Source of the DNA: an uncultured Clostridia bacterium
GTDB lineage: Bacteria; Bacillota; Clostridia; TANB77; CAG-508
Direction: 5' to 3'
Length of the DNA: 64,000 bases
Assembly (NCBI GenBank): GCA_934133165.1
Contig: CAKPAW010000001.1
Coordinates: forward strand, 98,756-162,755
A model generated the notes under the pieces. That model ran no database searches, was not told the origin of the DNA, and saw nothing but the letters and a program-made list of their open reading frames with translations. The position numbers were made by a program, and so were the translations under genes. Below, piece by piece: positions 51,407-60,816 of this stretch. Every line of letters starts with the position of its first letter. Position 1 is the first letter of the stretch.

Positions 51407-51465
51407 ATGTAATGTTAAGACTTTTTAAATCTTAACATATTTTTTTATATTGTGCAAGTATTTTT

Positions 51466-51945
51466 TTAAATTTTTGTAAATACTTCTGGCAATCTATAAT
51501 GTGTAGTTCCTCTATACTCTACTCCCTTTGGATAGTACACTGTATGTGATTGTTTATTAATAATATATAAATCTCTCAAATTATCACTACTTGTTATTGT
51601 AGTATTTTCACCTTTTTTTAATGCCTTAGTATAGTCACTTCCATTATTTAATTTTACTTCTAATTGTCTAATATCTAGTACATAATATTCATCATTATCA
51701 TTTATATTTTTTATAGATTCTATCATAGATGTATCTGTATATCTATTTAATAATGGTAAATCTTTTACTCTTGAATAATATTGTTCTACTTCTTCTTTTA
51801 ATCTTTGCATATCTGTCTCAAAATTGCTCTTTGCCCTTTGTTCCAAATATGGTTGTATATTAACTGATATTGTAAATGTTAATATTATAATAACAGCTAT
51901 TGTTATAACTAGAGTAATTAATGTAATTCCACTTTCATTTTTCAT
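51466..51945 (-). CDS. Prepilin-like protein, family member B (ESG|ITLITLVITI signal)
   Basis: Shares only the N-terminal G-ITL(V/I)xLV(V/I)TI helix with members A and C. The rest is a unique hydrophilic domain. Confidence 0.45.
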   Translation of the reverse strand: MKNESGITLITLVITIAVIIILTFTISVNIQPYLEQRAKSNFETDMQRLKEEVEQYYSRVKDLPLLNRYTDTSMIESIKNINDNDEYYVLDIRQLEVKLNNGSDYTKALKKGENTTITSSDNLRDLYIINKQSHTVYYPKGVEYRGTTHYRLPEVFTKI

Positions 51946-52009
51946 AAGTGCACTCCTTTTATGATATTGATATATACATTAAAAGGCACTTTTAATTAGT
52001 GCCTCTATA

Positions 52010-52465
52010 TTATTCTTCATCTTTATTTATATCTTTTAGTAATTCTAATTGAGAAATTAATAATGATTCCATTTTTGCTTTATATACATCAAATTGTTTT
52101 TTAATATCTTCTAATTCTTTTTTCTTCATTAGAATTTCTTGTCCTAAATCATCTACTGATTTTCTAGCATTGCCTTCTGCTTCTTTTATAATTTGTTCAG
52201 CTTGTTGTCTTGCTACATTTTTTACTTCTTCAGCAGTTGATTGTGCCATTACTAATGTATTTTGAAGTGTGTCTTCTATTTTTTTATAATGTAATAAGCT
52301 ACTTTCTAGTTCATCTACTCTAGATTTTAATTCTGTGCTTTGTTTATATGCTCTTTCATAGTCTGCTGTTAAATCATCTAAAAATTCATCTACTTCTTCT
52401 ACACTATATCCATTCATCATTTGTTTTGAAAATTTTTTATTTTCTATATCTAATGGTGTTATCAT
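52010..52465 (-). CDS. divIVA: DivIVA-domain cell-division protein
   Basis: MITPLDIENKKFSK... DivIVA N-terminal domain and coiled-coil. Confidence 0.85.
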   Translation of the reverse strand: MITPLDIENKKFSKQMMNGYSVEEVDEFLDDLTADYERAYKQSTELKSRVDELESSLLHYKKIEDTLQNTLVMAQSTAEEVKNVARQQAEQIIKEAEGNARKSVDDLGQEILMKKKELEDIKKQFDVYKAKMESLLISQLELLKDINKDEE

Positions 52466-52495
52466 TTTACTTCCTCCTATATATTGGGCACAAAA

Positions 52496-52957
52496 TTATC
52501 CATTTGAATTTCTTAGCCAAGATACAGATAATTTATTTTTTAATTCTTCTCTAGCTAAATCACTTGTAATTTCATAATTATATGGTGCAATTAGGAATAT
52601 AGAATTTGATACTTTTTGAATATGTCCGTCTAATGCATGAACAGCACCACTAATAACATCTACAATACGTCTTGCTACGTCTTTGTTAACGTACTCTAAA
52701 TTAACAATTACTGATTTCTTTTCTTTTAATAAATCACAAATTGCTTCTGATTGTTCAAATGTAGTTGGTTGTGATATAACCATTTTAATTTGTTCTGTTT
52801 GTGGCATATTTACAACCTTGCTACGTCTATTCCAAAAATTTCTTCCCTCTTCTTCTTGTTCTGGTTCTTGTTCTAATTCTTCCTCTTCTTCGTAATCTTC
52901 TCCTGCTGTATCTACTCCAAATAAATCTAATACTTTGTTCATGATTGCTCCTGACAT
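52496..52957 (-). CDS. sepF: Cell-division protein SepF
   Basis: SepF C-terminal domain with an acidic linker. GGAGG RBS. Confidence 0.85.
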   Translation of the reverse strand: MSGAIMNKVLDLFGVDTAGEDYEEEEELEQEPEQEEEGRNFWNRRSKVVNMPQTEQIKMVISQPTTFEQSEAICDLLKEKKSVIVNLEYVNKDVARRIVDVISGAVHALDGHIQKVSNSIFLIAPYNYEITSDLAREELKNKLSVSWLRNSNG

Positions 52958-53092
52958 TTCAAAACCTCCTAAAATTATCGTCCTTCGTAATCTTTTTAAT
53001 TATGCTATAAGTATCTAACTTTTTTATTTTATTGTCAATAGTTTTTTAAAATTGTAATGTTAATTTAATTTCTTTGTAATATTTTTGTAATA

Positions 53093-54328
53093 TTATAGTT
53101 GAATTTCATCATATAATGATATTTTTTTCCTATTTTTGACAAAATCTTCTGAAACTCCTTTTTCTATCAATTCATTACTAGTTTCATAATTCTTTATAAT
53201 AGAATATTTATCTCCACTTTTCAATATTTGAACATATACTTTGTCTGTATACCCTGCTCTTTTACAAATCACATATGCTAAATCTTCTGCCTCATATTTT
53301 ATTGCACTATTTGGTACTTTCCAGCCACTTACATCCCACCAAATAATGTCAAAGGATATTTTTCTGTAATTGATTAATTCTTCTGTATAATTTTCTAGTT
53401 TAAATACAACTAAGTCTTCAGTATCACTTTCTTTTGCTATATATTCTATTTTTGCTTTTACTTCTTTTCTATTTGAAAGTCTAATATTAATTGAATCTCC
53501 AACATTTGCATTTTTTTCTTCTAAGTTTTTACTTTTTAATACACATGCAATATAGCATGAAAAATTATCAATAATTTTTCCACTTTCCTCACTTGTTGAA
53601 ACAATTTGTCCTGTTTTTAAGTGCAAGTCTTCTAACATTTTTTTACTCAAATTTCCAAAATTAGAAGGTGTAAGTATATCTTCTAACCCATCCACTCTGT
53701 ATGAAACTACTCCTGATCTAGTAGAAGTCAGATATTCTGATCCAGAATTTAGTTGATTTTCATATTCACTTCTTTGGTTTATTAAATCTTTTAAATATGA
53801 ACCTGATGGGCTCAATTCTCCCGCTATTTTAGCTTTTTTAGTAATATATGAATTTAAATCTTTCTTATATTCTTTTATTTTTTGCATATCATTTACATGA
53901 TACATATCTGTTAATTTGTTTTCCACTTGTTGTTCTATTATCTTTATATCACTTGAAAATATATTATCTTCTTTTTCCCAAGCTTCTTGTATTTTTACAT
54001 CTAACTCTTTTATTTTGCTTTTTAATTTTTCTTCTCCTGCTGTTGAATAACGAAAAACTGCTTCTCCTTTTGCTACCTTTTCTCCTTCTGCTTTAATTTG
54101 CACTAAACCATTTTTATAATTTTCGCCTTTCAAAACAGTTTCGTCTCTAATTATATAGCCTTGTACTGTTTCTTCTGAAGATATTTTTCCATTTTCTACA
54201 ACAAATGTATCTGTAGGTTTTATTATTAAATTATATACCATATAAATAATATAAACTAGAATAGCAATTAAAATAATAATAAATACAAATTGCTTATTTC
54301 TATTTATTTGTTTACTTTTTTTCTTCAC
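53093..54328 (-). CDS. HlyD-like membrane-fusion/periplasmic-adaptor-fold protein with N-terminal TM anchor
   Basis: TM anchor, lipoyl-like hairpins and a coiled-coil. Overlaps the miaA stop by 4 nt. Confidence 0.45.
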   Translation of the reverse strand: MKKKSKQINRNKQFVFIIILIAILVYIIYMVYNLIIKPTDTFVVENGKISSEETVQGYIIRDETVLKGENYKNGLVQIKAEGEKVAKGEAVFRYSTAGEEKLKSKIKELDVKIQEAWEKEDNIFSSDIKIIEQQVENKLTDMYHVNDMQKIKEYKKDLNSYITKKAKIAGELSPSGSYLKDLINQRSEYENQLNSGSEYLTSTRSGVVSYRVDGLEDILTPSNFGNLSKKMLEDLHLKTGQIVSTSEESGKIIDNFSCYIACVLKSKNLEEKNANVGDSINIRLSNRKEVKAKIEYIAKESDTEDLVVFKLENYTEELINYRKISFDIIWWDVSGWKVPNSAIKYEAEDLAYVICKRAGYTDKVYVQILKSGDKYSIIKNYETSNELIEKGVSEDFVKNRKKISLYDEIQL

Positions 54329-55245
54329 TTGTTTATCTCCTCCAAGATAATATGAATATTTTCAGATATTGGATTTTCTCCATTTAACCATATTGTTTTT
54401 TTGTTTTTTCTAAACCATGTAAGCTGTCTTTTTGCATATCTTCTTGACTCTAATTTTATTTTTTCTATTGCCTCTTCTTTTGTTAATTTTCCTTCTATAT
54501 ATTCTACTATTTCTTTGTATCCTAATGCTTGTAGTGATGTAGGAAGCTTTTCATATTTTTCATAAATATTTTTTACTTCTTCTATCAAACCTTTTTCGAC
54601 CATAATATCTACTCTTTTATTTATTCTTTCATATAAAATTTCTCTATTCATATCTATTGCAAACATCTTATAATCAAATTCTGGTTCTTTTCTTGATTCT
54701 TTTTCTAATTCTGTTTTTGTCTTTCCTGTTTGATGGTATATTTCTAACACTCTTAAAATTCTTTTTCTATCATTTGGGCTTATCTTTTCCATTGCTGTTG
54801 GATCTATTTTTTTTGCTTCTTCATATAGTTTTTCTAATCCTTCTTTTTCCATTAAGTCCTCAAGATGTTTTCTATATTGAAGGTCCACTTCTAATTCTAG
54901 ATATTCTATTTCATAAATAAGTGAATCTATGTATAAACCTGTTCCCCCTATTACTATAGGAATTTTTCCTTTTTCTACTATTTCTCTTATACACTTTTTA
55001 GCATCTTTTTTATAATCTGCAACACTATATCTTACTTCTGGACTTATAATATCTAACATATAATGTTTAATATTTTGTTTTTCATCTTCATCTGGCTTAG
55101 CTGTTCCTATATCCATTTCTTTATATATTTGCATTGAATCTGCTGATACTATTTCTCCATTTATTGCTTTTGCAAGTTCAATAGATAGTGCTGTTTTTCC
55201 AGATGCAGTAGGTCCACCTATAACTATTACTTTAGCTTTTTGCAT
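54325..55245 (-). CDS. miaA: tRNA dimethylallyltransferase
   Basis: VIGGPTASGKTALS P-loop, full-length match to MiaA. Confidence 0.9.
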   Translation of the reverse strand: MQKAKVIVIGGPTASGKTALSIELAKAINGEIVSADSMQIYKEMDIGTAKPDEDEKQNIKHYMLDIISPEVRYSVADYKKDAKKCIREIVEKGKIPIVIGGTGLYIDSLIYEIEYLELEVDLQYRKHLEDLMEKEGLEKLYEEAKKIDPTAMEKISPNDRKRILRVLEIYHQTGKTKTELEKESRKEPEFDYKMFAIDMNREILYERINKRVDIMVEKGLIEEVKNIYEKYEKLPTSLQALGYKEIVEYIEGKLTKEEAIEKIKLESRRYAKRQLTWFRKNKKTIWLNGENPISENIHIILEEINK

Positions 55246-55256
55246 ATTCTTGCTCC

Positions 55257-55817
55257 TTAAATTTGATTTGTTGTATTAGTATTGCTCTTATTTAAACTCA
55301 CTCTATTTGAATTTATTTCATTATTATCTATTGTATTTAATAATTCTTCATTATTAACTCTATCCTCTGTTATTTGCTCGTTTTGTACTATTGTATTTGT
55401 TTTATTTTCACCTATATTTTTAACATTTTTTTGCATATTCACAAAATAGAAATACTCAACTACTAAAACTATAATAAGTAATATTACTAATGTACTAAGT
55501 TTTTTTGATAATTCTTGTACCTTTATTTGTTTGTTTTTAAATTTTCTATATTGTGATGCAAAATATGGTATAAATAAAATTACATTTATTGGTACAAATA
55601 AATATGTAACAAAATTTTTCATTGCTTCATGTACAGTTGAATCTATTCCAAATCCACTTATCCAATATACAATTGAAATTAAAATATACATAGTTGCCAC
55701 ACTAATTGCAAGAAATACTATTATTTCTTTTTTAGGCATTTTTTTAATAAATTGATAAGTTAAAGCTAATGCAACTATATTTGCAACTGCTGTAGCTATT
55801 ATTAACCATATATCCAT
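55257..55817 (-). CDS. Hypothetical membrane protein with Asn-rich tail
   Basis: Four to five TM helices. No recognisable family. Confidence 0.4.
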   Translation of the reverse strand: MDIWLIIATAVANIVALALTYQFIKKMPKKEIIVFLAISVATMYILISIVYWISGFGIDSTVHEAMKNFVTYLFVPINVILFIPYFASQYRKFKNKQIKVQELSKKLSTLVILLIIVLVVEYFYFVNMQKNVKNIGENKTNTIVQNEQITEDRVNNEELLNTIDNNEINSNRVSLNKSNTNTTNQI

Positions 55818-55823
55818 ATTTTT

Positions 55824-58112
55824 CTATCTCCTTGAAAATTTCTTTTCTATATCATTTTTTGTCATTTTTATTGCTGTTGGTCTTCCATGTGGGCAAGTAA
55901 ATGGATTTGGAAGTCTTAGCAATTCTTCCATTAAACTATCTACTTCTTCTTTTGTAAGAGCCATATGAGCTTTTACAGCTGCTTTGCAAGCAACTGTTGC
56001 AATAAATTTTTCTTCTTTTTCTTGCTTTGCTGTTCTTGCTACTGTATTTATTTCATCTAGTGTCTCTAAGAATAATTCTTTAGTATCTAGTTCTAAACAT
56101 ATATTAGGAACTCCTGTTAATTTGATAGTGTTTTCTCCAAATTCTTCTAAAACAAATCCTGCTTTTTCAAACATATCTATATTTTCTTTTGCTATATCCA
56201 TTTCTTTATGTGTTAAATTAATAATATCTGGTAATAACATCATTTGAGAATCTTTTTCTCCATTTTTATAGTAATTTTCTTTTACTTTTTCATACATTAT
56301 TCTTTCATGAGCTGCATGTTGATCTATCATATATAATTCATTTCTTAATTCTATAATTATATATGTTGAAAAAGCAATTCCAATAAATTTATATGCAGGA
56401 ATAGCATTTTGTTCTTTTTCAAACATTGATATATTTTCACCTGTTGCTATTTCTGCATCTATTTTGTATTCTTCTGGTTCTTCTTTTATTTCTGCTTCTT
56501 TTTCTGGTGCTTTTCCAAAAACAGATGTATACATATCTTCAAATTTTTCTTCATTTGTTTCGTATTTATCATTTTGTTCACTAACTTCTCTAGCTATTTC
56601 TTGCTCTTGGTTAATTTTGTTAGTATCTATTATTTGTGTCTCATCTATTTCCATGTTTTTAGCTAGTTCTTGTTTCATTTCATCTGTTATTACTATTGTT
56701 TCATCACTAAAGTTTGCTTCTTTAGGTTCTATTGTTTCTAATATTTTAGTATTGTCTTCTTCACTTTCTTTAACTGGTTTTGTAACTTCTATATTTTCTT
56801 TTTCAGTATTTAACTCATTTGAACTTTCTTTAAATTCTTCAACAGATTTTTTCATCTCTGCCATCTTGTCCATTATATTTTCGAAACTATTTATGTTTTG
56901 TTTTGTATTATTTTCTTGTTTTCTTGCTTCGTATATGTCTCTCATAATATTGGGTTCATTTGAGTTTTCTATTTCTTCTTTTTCTACTTTTTCCTCTTTT
57001 TTTGATAAAAATCTTGAAAACAAACCTTTAGATTTTTCTGGTACTTGTATATTTTCTAATACGTTACTTTTTATTTCTATTTGATTGTCTTTTACCTCTT
57101 TTTCTTCTTGAACTCCTACCAAATCATTTTTTAATAAAGTATCTTTTATTGCATGATATACTGCTTTAAAAACTTTTTGTTCTTCTTCGAAACGCACTTC
57201 TAGTTTTGCTGGATGAACATTAACATCTACTTTATGTGGATCAATTTCAATATTCAAAACTAAAAATCCAAATTTTCCAACTGTAATCATTCCTTTATAT
57301 GCCTGTTCTGCACTACTTGTCAATGTTTTATCTTTTACATATCTTTTATTTACAAAGAATAATTGGTTTGAACGATTTGAACGAGCAATAATAGGTCTTC
57401 CAACTACACCTGTTATTTTAATATCTTCATATTCATAATTAACTTCTAATATATTCTCTGTAATTTCTTTTCCATAAATACCATATATAACATTTTTAAT
57501 GTCACCATTTCCAGAAGTTTGAATAATAGTTTTTCCTGAGCTTATCAATTTTATTGCTATTTCTGGATGTATTAATGCTATTCTAGTCATAACATCTTCT
57601 ATATAGCCTGACTCTGTAAAGTCTTTTTTTAGGAATTTATAACGAACTGGAGTATTATAAAAAAGATTTTCTATAGTAATACTTGTTCCATCTGGGCAAC
57701 CTGTTTCTTCATTTTTTAGAATATTTCCACCCTCTACAATTACTTCATGTCCAATTTCTTGATCTCTAGTTTTAGATTTCATACTTACTTTAGCTATTGC
57801 CGCAATACTTGCTAAAGCCTCACCTCTAAACCCCATAGATTTTACAGTTTCTAAGTCACTTGCTACTCTTATTTTGCTTGTTGCATGTCTCTCAAATGCA
57901 ATTTCCATATCATCTGGCATAATTCCTTTTCCATTGTCTGTTACACGAATGTAAGAAATTCCGCCATTTTTTATTTCTACGCTAATATTATTTGCTCCTG
58001 CATCTATTGAATTTTCTACTAATTCTTTTACTACAGATGCTGGCCTTTCAATTACTTCACCTGCTGCTATTTTATTTATTGTTAAGTCATCTAATAATAC
58101 TATATTTCCCAC
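55824..58112 (-). CDS. mutL: DNA mismatch repair protein MutL (with long E/K-rich linker)
   Basis: INKIAAGEVIERPASVVKELVENSIDAG GHKL ATPase motif and C-terminal dimerisation domain. GTG start at 58112 with a GGAGGAAG RBS; the track ORF is extended upstream. Confidence 0.9.
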   Translation of the reverse strand: MGNIVLLDDLTINKIAAGEVIERPASVVKELVENSIDAGANNISVEIKNGGISYIRVTDNGKGIMPDDMEIAFERHATSKIRVASDLETVKSMGFRGEALASIAAIAKVSMKSKTRDQEIGHEVIVEGGNILKNEETGCPDGTSITIENLFYNTPVRYKFLKKDFTESGYIEDVMTRIALIHPEIAIKLISSGKTIIQTSGNGDIKNVIYGIYGKEITENILEVNYEYEDIKITGVVGRPIIARSNRSNQLFFVNKRYVKDKTLTSSAEQAYKGMITVGKFGFLVLNIEIDPHKVDVNVHPAKLEVRFEEEQKVFKAVYHAIKDTLLKNDLVGVQEEKEVKDNQIEIKSNVLENIQVPEKSKGLFSRFLSKKEEKVEKEEIENSNEPNIMRDIYEARKQENNTKQNINSFENIMDKMAEMKKSVEEFKESSNELNTEKENIEVTKPVKESEEDNTKILETIEPKEANFSDETIVITDEMKQELAKNMEIDETQIIDTNKINQEQEIAREVSEQNDKYETNEEKFEDMYTSVFGKAPEKEAEIKEEPEEYKIDAEIATGENISMFEKEQNAIPAYKFIGIAFSTYIIIELRNELYMIDQHAAHERIMYEKVKENYYKNGEKDSQMMLLPDIINLTHKEMDIAKENIDMFEKAGFVLEEFGENTIKLTGVPNICLELDTKELFLETLDEINTVARTAKQEKEEKFIATVACKAAVKAHMALTKEEVDSLMEELLRLPNPFTCPHGRPTAIKMTKNDIEKKFSRR

Positions 58113-58338
58113 GTTTCTTCCTCCGTTTTTTATTTTTATATACTTTTTTAGAATTATATCATTAAATGTTTGAATTTGTATAGTTTTTTCAAAAAAATAG
58201 TAAAAAAATATTATCTCATTAAATATCTGTAACAATTTACTTTTTTGAAACATTGTAACACTTTTTTATTTTTAGAATAGTATATACCATACAAAAGAAC
58301 AAACGACGTAACAAAAATTTATATAGGAGGTACTTATA

Positions 58339-58449
58339 ATGAGAAATTGTTGTTGTAACAGTGAAATACTTTGGTTCATTATCCTATTTTTACTACTTTT
58401 CTGTGGCTGTGGAAACAATAACTGCGGATGTGGCAATGGATGTTGCTAG
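58339..58449 (+). CDS. Tiny Cys/Gly-rich transmembrane peptide, 36 aa (YjcZ/tiny-TM-like)
   Basis: MRNCCCNSEILWFIILFLLLFCGCGNNNCGCGNGCC. AGGAGG RBS 6 nt upstream. Not in the ORF track (under 60 aa). Confidence 0.55.
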   Translation: MRNCCCNSEILWFIILFLLLFCGCGNNNCGCGNGCC

Positions 58450-58506
58450 TTTCTCTTAGGTAAATGTCAAAGGTTCAAAGTTTACTTTTGAAAGGAGGGA
58501 AATATT

Positions 58507-58635
58507 ATGCCAGAAAATAGAGGTTGTGGATGTGGTTTCGGTAATGGATGTGACTGCATTTGGATTATAATCATATTAATATTAATATTCTGTTGTTGTG
58601 GAAATAACAACTGTGGCGGTTGCGGATGCTGCTAG
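58507..58635 (+). CDS. Tiny Cys/Gly-rich transmembrane peptide, 42 aa (paralog)
   Basis: MPENRGCGCGFGNGCDCIWIIIILILIFCCCGNNNCGGCGCC. AAGGAGGG RBS. Hairpin terminator at about 58655-58685. Confidence 0.55.
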   Translation: MPENRGCGCGFGNGCDCIWIIIILILIFCCCGNNNCGGCGCC

Positions 58636-58689
58636 AATTTAATTCTTCAAACATAAAAAGCGATAGAAGTTTTCTATCGCTTTTATTAT

Positions 58690-59956
58690 TTAATTCATTC
58701 CTGCTGTATACCCTGTAGAATATGCAATTTGAAGATTGAAGCCCCCTGTATACGCATCTACATCAATTATTTCTCCTGCAAAATATAATCCCTCTACAAT
58801 TTTAGATTCCATTGTTTTTGGGTTTATTTCCTTTATGCTAATTCCTCCAGCTGTAACTATTGCCTCTTCTATTGGTCTGAAACCTTTTATTTCTATTTGA
58901 AATCCTTTCAATGTTTTTAATAATTCTAATCTTTCTTCTTTTGTGACAGAATTTATTTTCTTTTCTCCATCTAGTTTTGCAAATTCTAAAACTGGCAAAA
59001 TCATTTTTGATGGTAGTAAATCTTGAAGTCCATTTTGTAAATCTTTATTTTTATATTTTTCAAAATCTCTTTTTATTCTATTGTCTAGTTTTGTTTCATC
59101 TAAAGCTGGTTTTAAATCTATTTTTAATGCAATTTTGTTCTCTCTAAATTTTTCTTCTATATTTTTGTATCTTAATAAATGTGCCGATGAGCTAAGTATT
59201 GTAGGTCCTGATACTCCAAAATGTGTAAATAGCATTTCTCCAAAATCTTCATAAATAGTCTTGTTAGTTTCTTTATCTATTAACGTTATTCCTACATTTT
59301 TTAAACTTAACCCTTGCATTTGTTTGCAAAGTTTTAATGACTTTTCTGATACTGTTAGTGGTACAAGTGATGGTTTTATTTTTTCTATGCTATGACCTAA
59401 TTCTTTTACCATTTCATAGCCATCTCCCGTAGAACCTGTTGCAGGATAGCTTTTTCCTCCTGTTGTTAAAATAATTTTGTCTGCCTTTATTTTTTCTCCA
59501 TTTTCCAAAATAACCCCTATAGCTCTTTTTTCCCTATCAACTTCTTCTACTAAAATTTTCTTCACTTTCGTATTGGTTTTTATCTGGACTTTTAAGCTAT
59601 TTAATTTTCTTATAAGTGCATTTAATACATCTTGTGAATGATCAGACACAGGGAATATTCTATTTCCTCTTTCTTCCTTTACTTCTATATGTTGGTCTTT
59701 TAATAAATTTATTATATCTTCATTTGTACAATTTTGAAAACTACTATATAAAAATCTTCCATTACCAGGAATGTTTGAAATAAATTCTTCCATAGGAATA
59801 GAAGATGTAATATTACACCTTCCTTTTCCTGTTATTAATAATTTTCTTCCTAAGCTATTCATTTTTTCAAGTATTGTTACACTATTTCCACTTTCAGCAC
59901 TACTAATTGCTGCCATCATTCCTGCTGGTCCACCGACCTATAACAATTACTTTCAT
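58690..59956 (-). pseudogene. BaiN/HI0933-like NAD(P)/FAD-dependent oxidoreductase interrupted by a 1-nt insertion in the GxGxxG motif
   Basis: ATG at 59956 (RBS AAGGAGG) reads MKVIVIGRWTSRNDGSN*. The main ORF (MMAAISSAESG..., 58690-59919) is in another frame. Deleting the G at 59935 gives MKVIVIGGGPAGMMAAISSAESG, a canonical Rossmann dinucleotide-binding N-terminus. Confidence 0.6.
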
Positions 59957-60040
59957 TTTTCCTCCTTATGTTAGTCCCAAACTAAATTAAAAAAGAATTA
60001 ATTTTTTAGTTTTGTTACTATTTTTCAATTAAATTTTTAA

Positions 60041-60086
60041 GTCCGTCCCTTGTGTTACGAAATCGGAACAAAAAGGTCCGTCCCTA
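60041..60086 (-). repeat. 47-nt conserved element, copy 2 (inverted relative to copy 1), overlapping the 3' end of the mtnN-like ORF
   Basis: Reverse complement TAGGGACGGACCTTTTTGTTCCGATTTCGTAACACAAGGGACGGAC matches 33262-33308. Confidence 0.6.
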
Positions 60087-60804
60087 TTGTTCTTTTTACT
60101 AAATTATATATATATTCTTGACCTATTTTTCCTACTGATTTATCATATTCTTCCCCTAGCAATAAATTATTTGATAAAATACGAATTCCTATTGTAGGAA
60201 TATTAAATTTTAACCCAATTTGATATGTACTTATTGTTTCCATATCCTCACATATTATATCGTACTTTTCTGAAAGCCATAGTAATCTATCTTTTTCATT
60301 ATTCCAAACATCTCCACTTCCCATTGTTCCTACTACATAAGAAAGTGCTTGTTTTTTGGCCTCCTCTTCTGCTAGTTTTACTAACTCAGCATTTGCTTTT
60401 AATACAACTAATTCATCTATTCCTTCTTTAAATGTTTTTAATTTCCACTCTAATGAATTACTTCCTTTTCCTTCTTCTTTATATGGTGTTTGAAATGAGT
60501 TTATATTAATGCAACTTTGTCCTATTACCAAATCTCCTTTGTGAATATTTTTTGTAATTCCTCCTGCAACGCCTTGGTTTATTATAAGACAAGGTGAAAA
60601 ATTTATTATTCCGATTATAGTAGCTGCTGTGGTATTAATTATTCCAACCTGTGTTTTAGACAAAATTACTGGGTATTCATCTATTTTTCCTTTATAGAAA
60701 ACAAATCCATTTAAAGTTATTTTTTCTATTTCATTCATTTTTTCTTTAATAACTGCAATTTCATCTTCCATTGCACCTTGTATTAATATAGGCCCTTGTT
60801 TCAT
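60055..60804 (-). CDS. mtnN: 5'-methylthioadenosine/S-adenosylhomocysteine nucleosidase family protein
   Basis: PNP/UDP-phosphorylase-1 fold with MtnN-like motifs (GAMEDE, SGDVW). The last roughly 10 codons are supplied by the repeat element, so the true C-terminus is uncertain. Confidence 0.7.
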   Translation of the reverse strand: MKQGPILIQGAMEDEIAVIKEKMNEIEKITLNGFVFYKGKIDEYPVILSKTQVGIINTTAATIIGIINFSPCLIINQGVAGGITKNIHKGDLVIGQSCININSFQTPYKEEGKGSNSLEWKLKTFKEGIDELVVLKANAELVKLAEEEAKKQALSYVVGTMGSGDVWNNEKDRLLWLSEKYDIICEDMETISTYQIGLKFNIPTIGIRILSNNLLLGEEYDKSVGKIGQEYIYNLVKRTIGTDLFVPIS

Positions 60805-60816
60805 TTTTCTTTTTTC

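Noticed and set aside
51211-51435. 74-aa plus-strand ORF overlapping tRNA-Trp.
   Set aside because: It is fully explained by the minus-strand tRNA and its flanking hairpins, and has no RBS.
54328-55245. Expected hfq downstream of miaA.
   Set aside because: No roughly 80-aa Sm-like ORF is present. miaA is followed directly (4-nt overlap) by the HlyD-like gene. Recorded as an absence, not a feature.
55824-58253. Long N-terminal extensions in track ORFs (mutL from 58253, U32 from 19344, yabG TTG at 41373, sigK/DHHW/tspO/DUF368 alternative starts).
   Set aside because: The track uses TTG/GTG/other alternative starts at the first in-frame position. Starts were re-picked at ATG/GTG codons with proper SD spacing and family-typical N-termini.
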